A stretch of 64,000 bases of DNA from a virus. Lineage: Duplodnaviria; Caudoviricetes. The stretch lies in IMG/VR virus record IMGVR_UViG_3300010391_000174, positions 773-64,772 of that record, one strand, 5' to 3'. Below the pieces are notes generated by a model. The model made no database searches and was not told where the DNA came from. It saw nothing but the letters and a program-made list of their open reading frames with translations. A program made the position numbers and the translations under genes. This document shows positions 49,950 through 59,983 of the stretch, piece after piece (the stretch's first letter is position 1; each line of letters starts with the position of its first letter).

Positions 49950-51097
49950 TTATTTTTGTTCAACAACTGGTTGAATTGCACTTTCCAATAAACTAACTCT
50001 CTGATTAATAAAATTGGTGTAAATTTCAGCTAATGTTTTTTCACTACCTTCTTGAGTATATTTAGCAGATACCTTATCCATCGATTCATATAATGCAGGA
50101 GTAATACTATCGTCCAAAAATTTAACAAGAATCTCACCAATTAAAATAGGAAGGTCATAGTAATTATCAGTCCAGACACCAGCACCTTCAACTGCTTTTA
50201 TCGGAACACCGTTTTCATTTCTTTCAATCATATATTCTGGCATAATATCGGGTTTCAAACAAATTGGAATTGTACCTGACTTCATACACTCTAATGGAAA
50301 CGTACCAAATGATGAAATTCTATCTACCCAAACAGCAGCAAAATTACCTTGCAATCTCTTTGCAAAGTCAACTCTTCTCATTGCCTGTGGTGGTTTACTT
50401 TTAGTAACCATAGGGTCAAAGGTCAACCATGTATATTGTGGATATTTACTAAAAAACAACTTTACGAGTTTTGAAATTTCATTAGCATTTCTACCAATTA
50501 CCGACATTATTGGTTTTTGAGGTAGTTTAGATTTTTCAAAATATTCAGGAATGCCTATATTATATATTTTAATGTTAAACTTATCGTTACCATAATATGT
50601 TTCGACCCATTCTTTAAGTGTTTGGGATGTGGTAATAATATCATTAATACCAAATGATTTCCAATCAGTTCCCGGTATCAAACCATTTAACATATAGTCA
50701 GCAGATTGAAGTAATCCAATTCTCATACAAGGAAGCTTTTTTGTTTGCTCCATAATATTAGAAAATACTTCAGGAATCACCATAATATCTCAGGACCTAC
50801 AGTCAATTTAGGGTCTGCCATTGACATGTGTTTATGTGCCGTTAATTCTTTTTCAATCCATATTGGTGGTACATAATCACCCTTTTCAGTCATAATTATT
50901 ACTTCATATCCCATGTTTTTTACAACACTAGCATGAAAATAAATTTCATATACACTTGCTACAGGATTTTGTGATTCAGGCACACAGAATATAAATTTCG
51001 ATTTTTTATTTGAAATTCTATCTAATGATGTTTTAATTTTTTCAAATTTTTCTGATTCAGTTTTTTGTGCTTCATTATTTAATAATTCTTCAGTCAT
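49950..51097 (-). pseudogene. GT-B glycosyltransferase split by a 1-nt frameshift near 50790
   Basis: Adding one base gives ..VGPEDIMVIPEVF..; C-terminal SSFGTFPLECMKSG motif. Confidence 0.7.
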
Positions 51098-51101
51098 TTT
51101 T

Positions 51102-51839
51102 TTATTTTTTATATTTAATTATTTTTTCGAAATCAGGATTGTCAATTAAATCGGCAATCTGCAGTACTTCTAATGAACCTGCTTTAATATTTTCATTGTA
51201 AGGTCTTTTTAATTTTATTAGCTTCTTACCCCAAGGAGTGCCCAATTCTAAAATCTTTGGGTCTGTGGTGATAAGAACATCAACATTTTTCCACATATCC
51301 AGAGCATCATCAACAAAACAAATATTTTTGAATCTTGAAGTCATTTTACTCAAGAAAAAAAGTGTTGGTGGTATGCTGAATTGATTTTCAACAGAAAATA
51401 ATGTAAATTCGGCATTATTATTATATTTTAAATAAAAATTTTTAACATGTAAATCCATACCCTTGTACATAATTGGTGCACTGGCATGAATTTCAAACAC
51501 ATAATCTTCATACATAAATCGATTATATACTTCTTTTGCACTTAATTTATTTTGTTCAGGTTTTTTAAATAAAAAAACATCAGCATTTGCTTCGCCAGTT
51601 TTTTCATCCACCTGATATTCAATCGGACTAATTTCTTCTGGCATTTCTCCGGGTTCTTTTAATTCTTTTATTGCTTCAATAGTATTATTCCATTGATAAT
51701 ATTGAAAATAATCATAAACATATTGTTGTTCTTTTGGTATTCCTTCATCACCAAATTCTTGTGAATAAAATCTATCAAATTGAAGCCATTTTGCTCTAAG
51801 AACTTCATTAATATCAATACCTATTCTTACATTACTCAT
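51102..51839 (-). CDS. HAD-like 5'(3')-nucleotidase fold protein
   Basis: IGIDINEVLR motif I-like, DVLI, RPYN. Confidence 0.6.
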   Translation of the reverse strand: MSNVRIGIDINEVLRAKWLQFDRFYSQEFGDEGIPKEQQYVYDYFQYYQWNNTIEAIKELKEPGEMPEEISPIEYQVDEKTGEANADVFLFKKPEQNKLSAKEVYNRFMYEDYVFEIHASAPIMYKGMDLHVKNFYLKYNNNAEFTLFSVENQFSIPPTLFFLSKMTSRFKNICFVDDALDMWKNVDVLITTDPKILELGTPWGKKLIKLKRPYNENIKAGSLEVLQIADLIDNPDFEKIIKYKK

Positions 51840-52113
51840 TCTTTTTTTCTTTTAATATCTCCAATTGATTTTGAAGTTCTTCTCGTAATTTTTTCATCAT
51901 TTCCATATTTTCTCTGATTAATTCTTCATTAGTAATATATTCTGGGTTAATACATTCAATCCTTGTATCGGGTGATTGTGTTGGAATAATAATTATTTCG
52001 CCTTGAAATGTTTCTGGCGAAATTCTTCGACATATTTTATGAACAAATTCTTCAATATCTTCTGAACGGATTCCAGCAACGCCCACATAAATAACTAAAA
52101 TTTTATTCTCCAT
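51832..52113 (-). CDS. Hypothetical protein
   Basis: ORF track. Confidence 0.6.
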   Translation of the reverse strand: MENKILVIYVGVAGIRSEDIEEFVHKICRRISPETFQGEIIIIPTQSPDTRIECINPEYITNEELIRENMEMMKKLREELQNQLEILKEKKNE

Positions 52114-52273
52114 ATTAATATTTTTATTTAATGTTTTACTTTAAATATTAAAATGATATTAAAACAATATCAGAATGATATCATATAGTAATACGTATAT
52201 TAATTTAAAATCTTGAATTATGCAGAAATTTTTTTTATAGTATTTATTAAAAAACAATAAAAATTTATAAATT

Positions 52274-53209
52274 ATGAATAATGACCTAAAAAAAGAACGT
52301 CTTCCAGATTCACCGCTAAAAGAAAGTATTTCTGAAGTATTAAAAAAATATAAAGAAGGAACTGGTAATATTAACGAAGAAAAAATTCCAACAGTAATTG
52401 GTAATGCAATACCAAAACCATTTGTTTTTAATCCACAGGAATTTGAAAGGGCAATGTCGAAAGAAACTGACCCAGATTTAATGACTTCTTATGAAACAGT
52501 TAAATTACCATCAAAAGGTAAATTTTATGCACATGGTATCTCAGAAGTTAGTGTTGAATATATGACTTCTAAAGACGAGGATTTGCTTACAACTCCATCA
52601 TTAATTGATGGTGGTAATCTTATAAATATTTTATTAAAAAGAAAAGTTAAAACACCAGAAATTATTATTGAAGACTTATTGGCTGGTGATAGAAATGCAA
52701 TTATTTTGTTTCTTCGTACTTCAAGTTATGGTGCAGATTATAGTGTACAAGTAACTGACCCAAGAACAGGTATACAATTTCCATCAAAAGTTGATTTGCT
52801 TAAATTAAACTATAAAGAGCCTAAAGAATTTCCAGACCAATATGGTCATTTTACTGTTGAAATACCAATGCGTAAAAAAACCATTACATTTAAATTAATA
52901 AGTTCTGGTGAAGACAATCAATTATTTAAAAAAGCCGAAGCAATTAAAGAAGCATATCATGAAGAATATAGCCAATACAGTACAATGAAATTAAAAGCAC
53001 ATATTATTGCAATTAATGAAAAAACTGATAGGTCATATGTTGATAAATTTGTTGATGCAATGCCAGCACTCGATTGTCTTACAATTCGTAGAAAAATTAT
53101 GGATGTGAGTCCTGATGTTGATATGAAATATGAGTTTGCAACTAAAGATGGATATAAATTTGATGCTTATTTATCTCTAGGTCTGGATTTTTTTTTCCCC
53201 GCAACTTAG
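52274..53209 (+). CDS. Baseplate hub assembly/tail chaperone (gp26-like)
   Basis: VKLPSKG, MTSKDED, GDR..I..LR..SYG, C-terminal LDFFFP. Confidence 0.8.
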   Translation: MNNDLKKERLPDSPLKESISEVLKKYKEGTGNINEEKIPTVIGNAIPKPFVFNPQEFERAMSKETDPDLMTSYETVKLPSKGKFYAHGISEVSVEYMTSKDEDLLTTPSLIDGGNLINILLKRKVKTPEIIIEDLLAGDRNAIILFLRTSSYGADYSVQVTDPRTGIQFPSKVDLLKLNYKEPKEFPDQYGHFTVEIPMRKKTITFKLISSGEDNQLFKKAEAIKEAYHEEYSQYSTMKLKAHIIAINEKTDRSYVDKFVDAMPALDCLTIRRKIMDVSPDVDMKYEFATKDGYKFDAYLSLGLDFFFPAT

Positions 53210-53406
53210 CGGGGGAATATAAAAAAATGGTGAATGAAGAAATTTTTATATTAATTCATCATGCTAACTTTCAAGCAGATTATATTGAAAATTTACCCGT
53301 ATATCGCAGACGACACTTTTTATTTTTATTACAAAAAGAAAATGATGAAATAGAACGTTTGCAAGAACAAGCAAGAAACAAAAATAATTTTAGACCAAGA
53401 AAATAA
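53188..53406 (+). CDS. gp51-like chaperone segment in -1 frame (own ATG at 53227; not in track)
   Basis: EEIFILIHHANF..IENLPVYRRRHFL; frame open back to the T9 run at 53188. Confidence 0.7.
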   Translation, partial: FFFPRNLAGEYKKMVNEEIFILIHHANFQADYIENLPVYRRRHFLFLLQKENDEIERLQEQARNKNNFRPRK

Positions 53407-53447
53407 AAATTCTTGGTCTTTGTATTTATATCTATACTGATACTTAA

Positions 53448-55919
53448 ATGGCAGCCGATAAAAAAACAGTACAAGAACTTCTTGATTTACAGAAACAATT
53501 AAATGTAGAACTTGATAGAGAAATTTCTAATGCTAAAGCAATGCGTGATTATAATACTGCCAGAGCATTGGAAGCCGATAAAATTGCTGCTAATCAAAGA
53601 ATTATTAATGAGTTAAGGTCTCAAGAACTTGATTTAACAATTGATGAAAGAAAACAATTAATTGATATTGAAAAAAAACAAAAAGATATTAATACTCAAC
53701 TTAATCAAGAAAAAAATTCAAGACAAAGAATATCTAATATTCTTGGTGAAGCAAATCGTCAATTAAAACTTGGTTGGCAATATCTTCAACAATCAGATAA
53801 AATAATTCGTCAAACCATTCTTAATCTCGGTTTAAGTGGAACTAAAGCTGAAATGATGCGTAGTTCATTTGAACAATCTGCTGGATTTGTTGCGAGAATC
53901 GGTGGTAGTCTTGAAGATGTTCAGGGTATTATGACGGGTTATGCTGATGAAACAGGGAGAGCACGTGTACTATCTGCTGAAATGGTTAAAGATATTGCAC
54001 TTATAGGTAAAGGTACTGGTTTGGGTATTGAACAGGCAACAAGACTTGGTGCACAATTTGAATTAATGGGTTTTGATGCTAAATCAACAATGGATTATGT
54101 TCAGGGTGTTGTCGATACCACAGAGAGAATGGGTGTTAATACAACCAAAGTACTTAAAGTCGTTAATGATAATTTTAAAAAATTAAATACCTATACTTTT
54201 CAACAAGGTGTTAAAGGTTTTGCACAAATGGCAAGTTATGCCGAAAAGTTCAGAATTGATATAACTCAGGCATTAAGTGCTGCAGATGTTGCTAAAAATC
54301 TTGAAGGTGCTATTGGATTAGCTGCTCAATTACAAGTAATGGGTGGTGAATTTGCAAAGACAGACCCTTTTGAAATGCTTTTCTTAGCACATAATGACCC
54401 TGCAAAATTTACAGAAAAAATTGCAGATATGACCAAAGGTGTTGTAACCTTTAGAAAAATGGCAGATGGTAGTTTTGAAAAGTTTATAAGTCCTGCTGAC
54501 CGTGATAGACTTGCTGCTGTTGCCAAATCTTTGGGAATGGAAGCCAGTGAATTAACACAAATAGCTGAAAGACAAGCTGAAGTACAGAAAATGCGTCAGC
54601 AAATGGCTGGTATGGGCATTACTAAGTCTGAGAAAGAACTTATTGAAGGTGCTGCAATATTTAACAAACAAAGTGGTAGATTTGAAGTTATGCTTGCAGG
54701 TAGAATGAAAGATGTTGCCACATTAAGTAAAGAACAAGCAAATAGTTTTGTAAAAGAAAGTAAATCTCTGGAAGCACGAGCACTAGAAGCTCAGACATTT
54801 GAAGATGCATTTAAAGCTACAATAAATGAATTAAAATCAGCATTGCTGCCAATATTAAGAGCAGTGAATGGTGTATTAGTTGCAATTAGACCAACAGTTA
54901 TTAAACTTACTGAATTTTTCACTGAAGGTCCTGCAGCATGGGCAAAAGTAGCTGCATTATTTTTAGGTGTTGGGGTAATGTGGAAAGGAATTTTACAACC
55001 ATTCATGCAAAAAATGGGTGCTGCAACAATTGGTAAAGTAGCAACAAGAGTGCGTGGCGGTGTTGCCACACCTACTGGTGTAGGTGGTGGTACTGCAGGT
55101 GGTGGAATGATGAATAAAATAAGCGGTAAAGCAATGGCAGGTGCGGGTGCAGGTATTGGTGCTGCTGCTTTGGGTGTTGGTGCAGGTATTGGTGCTGCTG
55201 CTGCGGGTATTAGTTTATTGGCAAATGCAATGAGTAAATTAGATGAAAAACAAGCTGAAACATTAAAAAGTGTTGTTAAAACTCTTGGCTGGTTTATTCT
55301 TGGTGGTGTTGGTGTTGCAATAGCAATCGCAGCTATTGGTGCTGCAGGTGGTGCAGTTGCTGTACCCTTAATAGCATTTGGTGGTGCAATCGCATTAATT
55401 GGCGCAGGTATTGGTATTGCTGCTGCAGGTATTGGTTTCATGGGAATGGGATTAGCTAAACTTGTTGAAAATAGTAAAGGTGCTGGTGAAGATATGCCAA
55501 AAGTTGCTCTTGGAATTGCTGGCATTGCTGCTTCGATGGGTATGGCTACATTGGCATTGCCCGGAGCAATTGGAATGTCATTAGCTGTAAGGTCAATAGG
55601 AAAACACGCTCCTGCACTTGCTCAAGTAGGTGCTGCTTTTAAAGAAATTAATACAACATTATCTGGAAGTAAAGAAAATTTTCTTGCAGTTCAAAATGCG
55701 GTTGAAAGTATATCAAAAATGAATGTAAAGGGTGGTGGCGCACTTTCGGACTTAGCAAATATGTTAAAAAAACCATTAAAAGTTGAATTTGTTGATAAAC
55801 AAGTAGCTGTTGTTAGTAATATTACTATGATGATTGATGGTCAGAAAATGTTTCAGAAAACCTATAATCCACAAGCTGCTGTACAAAAACATGAAGACCT
55901 GAGAATAGGAAAAGGTTAA
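53448..55919 (+). CDS. Tape measure protein
   Basis: Helical Ala/Gly-rich with hydrophobic segments, follows the chaperone genes. Confidence 0.8.
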   Translation: MAADKKTVQELLDLQKQLNVELDREISNAKAMRDYNTARALEADKIAANQRIINELRSQELDLTIDERKQLIDIEKKQKDINTQLNQEKNSRQRISNILGEANRQLKLGWQYLQQSDKIIRQTILNLGLSGTKAEMMRSSFEQSAGFVARIGGSLEDVQGIMTGYADETGRARVLSAEMVKDIALIGKGTGLGIEQATRLGAQFELMGFDAKSTMDYVQGVVDTTERMGVNTTKVLKVVNDNFKKLNTYTFQQGVKGFAQMASYAEKFRIDITQALSAADVAKNLEGAIGLAAQLQVMGGEFAKTDPFEMLFLAHNDPAKFTEKIADMTKGVVTFRKMADGSFEKFISPADRDRLAAVAKSLGMEASELTQIAERQAEVQKMRQQMAGMGITKSEKELIEGAAIFNKQSGRFEVMLAGRMKDVATLSKEQANSFVKESKSLEARALEAQTFEDAFKATINELKSALLPILRAVNGVLVAIRPTVIKLTEFFTEGPAAWAKVAALFLGVGVMWKGILQPFMQKMGAATIGKVATRVRGGVATPTGVGGGTAGGGMMNKISGKAMAGAGAGIGAAALGVGAGIGAAAAGISLLANAMSKLDEKQAETLKSVVKTLGWFILGGVGVAIAIAAIGAAGGAVAVPLIAFGGAIALIGAGIGIAAAGIGFMGMGLAKLVENSKGAGEDMPKVALGIAGIAASMGMATLALPGAIGMSLAVRSIGKHAPALAQVGAAFKEINTTLSGSKENFLAVQNAVESISKMNVKGGGALSDLANMLKKPLKVEFVDKQVAVVSNITMMIDGQKMFQKTYNPQAAVQKHEDLRIGKG

Positions 55920-56381
55920 TTTTATTTAATTTCTCACCTAATATCTAATACTTCCAATACTAATACTAAATAATTTAAAAATATTTTCGTGTTTTTGTAA
56001 AAACATAGTGATAATGTGAAAAAAAAATTGTAACTTTGACAAGTTTTTTGCTAAACTTTAGCGGACTGTCTTCAGAGACAGAAAGTTAAAATCGCTCAAA
56101 CTTTTTCTTCGTTATTTCAAACCAAAGAACAAAATTACAAGATTTGTTATTCAATTCTTTGAATTCAATAAAAATTTGACAATATAGGATAATTATATTC
56201 ATTTTCTTCAAAAATTCAAAAATAATACTTTCTTACTTAATATTCAATAATTTTTATTTATTATACCCAATAATGGTTTAATAAAAAGAATATATTTAAC
56301 AAAATCACGTTTAAACGGTTTTATCCAAAGGTAAATATAGTATTAAAAAAATCATTCTGCAAGTATTTATAAAAAAAATTA

Positions 56382-59300
56382 ATGATAACTAACGGTTATA
56401 CTACTTCGAGATTATTAACAAATTCTAATAATATTAGAAATGTATTGTCTACCCGTAACTTATATACTCCTGATGTTGAATATCCTAATACTAATCAGAA
56501 TTCAGTAAATAGAACAGTTGAAGCAATTAATAGCGTTATTACTGCAATTATACCATTTAAATCATTTAATTTAAAAAATACAATATTTGGTAGACTTGTA
56601 ACTGATAGCACTCCATTAACCGAGATTGGGTTAATTATGTTAGGCAAACAATTTGCATTAAATGCAATGTCCCATCTTTCACAGCAAGTACTTCCAATTA
56701 TTAAAATTTCAAATTTATTTGATGGTAGTAAGGACACAAAACTTTTCACAAAAAGAATTGACCTTAGAATTACAAAAAAAGAAGATGATACTAACTTTGA
56801 AAATTTTCTCGATAAAGTCATATATTATTATCCAGCAAAAGATTATCCATTTACTAAAACCGCAAAAAATGCAGATTTTATAAGAAATACTGGTACGGGG
56901 CAATTAAACTTTTTATATTCAGCAATTAATCAAAACATTTATAAACAAAATGACACAACATTAATTGATTATGGTGATATTGCTCAAAATCCAATTCAAC
57001 CACGTGATAATATAACTGATAATAAAATATTTTTTAATTTTAGTAGTTCATTAGCATATCCATATATGATTAAACATCCTAATGTTGTCGCTGAAGATAT
57101 TGCTAATAATAATATGAGTAGTTCGTATTCATTAACTACAAATAATGGTCAGGAATATGCTCCAAATGCTGATTTTATAAATAATAATTTTGGTACAACA
57201 AATAAAACTGAAGTATATGGAGAAGGTGTTAAGGGGTCGTTCAATGATTGGATAGATACTAATACAGAATTTGTTGATGATAATATTCAGAACAAATTAG
57301 TTTGGGGTAGAGATGGTGTTGAAAAAGACGCTAATGAAAGATTAGCTCAATTACATGGTGATTCTGATAGAGAAATAAATAATTTAAATAATATTGAATC
57401 ATTAAGTAATTTTAAAATTAGGGGTGGATTATTAGAATATACTAGAAATTTATTAAATGCAACTGAAGGTCAGGTTGGTGATATAACAAGAAAAGCATTT
57501 AGAACTAATGATAAATTAGTTGGTTTTAATGGTTCTGGATTATGGAGAGCAAATTTTAGTAAATATGTTAAATACGGTGGTGCTGCTGGCAAACAGGGTA
57601 TTCGTCAACACACAACATTAGACCAATACGATAGATTCGCCAAAGCAATTAGATTTAATGGTAATAAAGTATATGGTGGAAATCCAAATTCAGTAATATA
57701 CGATTCGGTTTTACCACGTATTCATCCAAGTCTTGATAAAATTGATAATAAAGATGTATTAAATAATAAGAACTTAATGTTTAGTATCGAAAATCTTGCG
57801 GTAGGCGTTATAAGTAAAGATACATATGGTATTATGGATGATGAATTTGGTTCACCAATTCCATTGAGTGAAGTGGGACCATTCAATGGTCGTATTATGT
57901 GGTTTCCACCATATAATATGGAAATAAATGAAGTGGCAAGCGCAAAATACGAATCAACTGTTATGGTTGGTAGAAATGAACCAATTTATAATTACATTAA
58001 TTCAGAAAGAAGTGGAACACTTGCATTTACATTAATTGTGGATTATCCACAACAATTGAAGAATTTTAGAGGACAAAATAAACAAAAAGAAATTGCAGAA
58101 TTTTTTGCCTTTGGTGGCGATATTGCACCCGATTTGATAACAACAGTTCCAAATTTAGAAAAAAAACAGCAAGACCTTATAACAGATATTTCTAAAATTG
58201 GTGATAAAAAGGAAATTATTGAACCTAAATTAATAAAACCTCAAGATATTAAAATTGTGTTTCCTAACGATGTACCAAGAGTAGGTGATGATGTCAATAC
58301 AATTATTGATGATATGTATATAAAATATCATTATGAAATTATTGGTAATTGTATTTCATCAGATGGAACTGCATTTGGATTAAATCAAAAAATATATTTT
58401 ATTACTGGCTTAACAAAAGTGGGTGAAAATTATATACTTAATGACCCTGCAATTACGGGTGGAAGTTTTTCACAATATTCACAAGCTGGAATCAAAGACC
58501 AATTTGGAGATTGTTTTTTAAATCAAAAACTTAAAGAAGTTTTTGGTAATGAAGATATTAGACCATATTATAGTGTTTCTATTTATGGTAGTGCTTCTAA
58601 ATTATTTACAGAATTAAATCCAAATGATATTCCAGCAGGAATTGCATATAATAATGCGCTGGGTAAAAGAAGAGCAGATGCTGTAATTAATTTTATTAAA
58701 AAAAGACTGGAAGCCATGTTTGGTAAGAGCATTGCTGATGGAATTGAAGTTACGTACTTTGGAACAGGCACTATTGGTGATGCTGAATCAATTGTTAGTA
58801 ATGCAACAAAAGCAGCAATACCGGAAGAAGATACTAAAAATGAAAGGTATGCTTTAATTAAGATAGAAAGGAAGACAAAGCCGATTGAAACTAAAAATAG
58901 TAAATTAACACCAGATGAAGCATTAACTGTTCAACAAAAACAAATTGAAATTGATAAACTTCAGGATAGAATAAATCAAATTAAATCAATCGACAATATT
59001 AATATTTTGAATGAAAGAAAAGGTAGTCAAAGTAATACTGTAGAAGATGGCGCAATACTTACTGGTTTTAAATCAGTTAGTGGTAATTATTATTATCCTG
59101 TATTTCATACACAAACACCCGAAGATTTTCATAAGAGATTAACGTTTTTACAACAATGTACAAGACAGGGTGCAGCAAAAAGATTTAGTAGTGCTGATGC
59201 AGACGGTAATTTAACGGCAAGAAATTCGGTCTTTGGTCGTCAACCTATTTGTATATTGAGAATTGGTGATTTTTTCTATACAAAAATAATTATTGAGACT

Positions 59301-59615
59301 GTAACTGTTGATTATCATGATACCACATGGGATATGAATCCCGAAGGTTTTGGTATGCAACCCATGATTGCAAATGTTACTATGAGTATTAAGATAATTG
59401 GTGGTCAATCATTGAAAGGACCTATCGATGCACTTCAAAATGCGGTATCATATAATTATTATGCTAATTCAACATTCACAAATACAGGTATTTATTCATT
59501 GCCATCTAAAGTAGCTAATGAACAAGATAGTTATAATGTTGGTATATTGGCTTCGAAGGTAAAGAATATAGGAACTGCATTTGATGAATTACAAAAGAAA
59601 AAAACTGAAAAATAA
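56382..59615 (+). CDS. Baseplate/tail tube initiator-like protein with OmpA-like insert
   Basis: GRNEPIYNY..SER, P.CILRIGD..WD..QPMIANV; internal YNNALGKRRADAV. Confidence 0.65.
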   Translation: MITNGYTTSRLLTNSNNIRNVLSTRNLYTPDVEYPNTNQNSVNRTVEAINSVITAIIPFKSFNLKNTIFGRLVTDSTPLTEIGLIMLGKQFALNAMSHLSQQVLPIIKISNLFDGSKDTKLFTKRIDLRITKKEDDTNFENFLDKVIYYYPAKDYPFTKTAKNADFIRNTGTGQLNFLYSAINQNIYKQNDTTLIDYGDIAQNPIQPRDNITDNKIFFNFSSSLAYPYMIKHPNVVAEDIANNNMSSSYSLTTNNGQEYAPNADFINNNFGTTNKTEVYGEGVKGSFNDWIDTNTEFVDDNIQNKLVWGRDGVEKDANERLAQLHGDSDREINNLNNIESLSNFKIRGGLLEYTRNLLNATEGQVGDITRKAFRTNDKLVGFNGSGLWRANFSKYVKYGGAAGKQGIRQHTTLDQYDRFAKAIRFNGNKVYGGNPNSVIYDSVLPRIHPSLDKIDNKDVLNNKNLMFSIENLAVGVISKDTYGIMDDEFGSPIPLSEVGPFNGRIMWFPPYNMEINEVASAKYESTVMVGRNEPIYNYINSERSGTLAFTLIVDYPQQLKNFRGQNKQKEIAEFFAFGGDIAPDLITTVPNLEKKQQDLITDISKIGDKKEIIEPKLIKPQDIKIVFPNDVPRVGDDVNTIIDDMYIKYHYEIIGNCISSDGTAFGLNQKIYFITGLTKVGENYILNDPAITGGSFSQYSQAGIKDQFGDCFLNQKLKEVFGNEDIRPYYSVSIYGSASKLFTELNPNDIPAGIAYNNALGKRRADAVINFIKKRLEAMFGKSIADGIEVTYFGTGTIGDAESIVSNATKAAIPEEDTKNERYALIKIERKTKPIETKNSKLTPDEALTVQQKQIEIDKLQDRINQIKSIDNINILNERKGSQSNTVEDGAILTGFKSVSGNYYYPVFHTQTPEDFHKRLTFLQQCTRQGAAKRFSSADADGNLTARNSVFGRQPICILRIGDFFYTKIIIETVTVDYHDTTWDMNPEGFGMQPMIANVTMSIKIIGGQSLKGPIDALQNAVSYNYYANSTFTNTGIYSLPSKVANEQDSYNVGILASKVKNIGTAFDELQKKKTEK

Positions 59616-59929
59616 TGCCATACGTAAGTTACAATAGATATGCAATTTTAAAGAATTCGGACGGTACTACTGATTCAATGCCGTTTATTAAATTGCCAAT
59701 AAATTCAAGTGATAAATTTGAATACTGGAATTCTGAATTTAATAGATTAGAGAAACTTAGTCAAAAATATTATGGAAATCCATTTTATGATTTTCTGATA
59801 CTCTATGCCAATCCAGAATATACTTCTGAATTTGATATACCCGATGGAACTCTCATAAGAATACCATTCCCATTGTCCAAAGTCAAAGCGGATTATGAAG
59901 CAATATTAACTGCATTTAAAAAACAATAA
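59615..59929 (+). CDS. LysM-like baseplate wedge protein (gp53-like)
   Basis: RLEKLSQKYYGNP..LILYANP..IPDGTLIRIP. Confidence 0.75.
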   Translation: MPYVSYNRYAILKNSDGTTDSMPFIKLPINSSDKFEYWNSEFNRLEKLSQKYYGNPFYDFLILYANPEYTSEFDIPDGTLIRIPFPLSKVKADYEAILTAFKKQ

Positions 59930-59983
59930 TCCTTGATTATTTGGTTTTATTTTATTATGTTTGCAGTTGCATAAATTGTAAAC

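Noticed and set aside
54791-55525. 244-aa minus ORF
   Set aside because: Antisense shadow of the Gly/Ala-rich tape measure region
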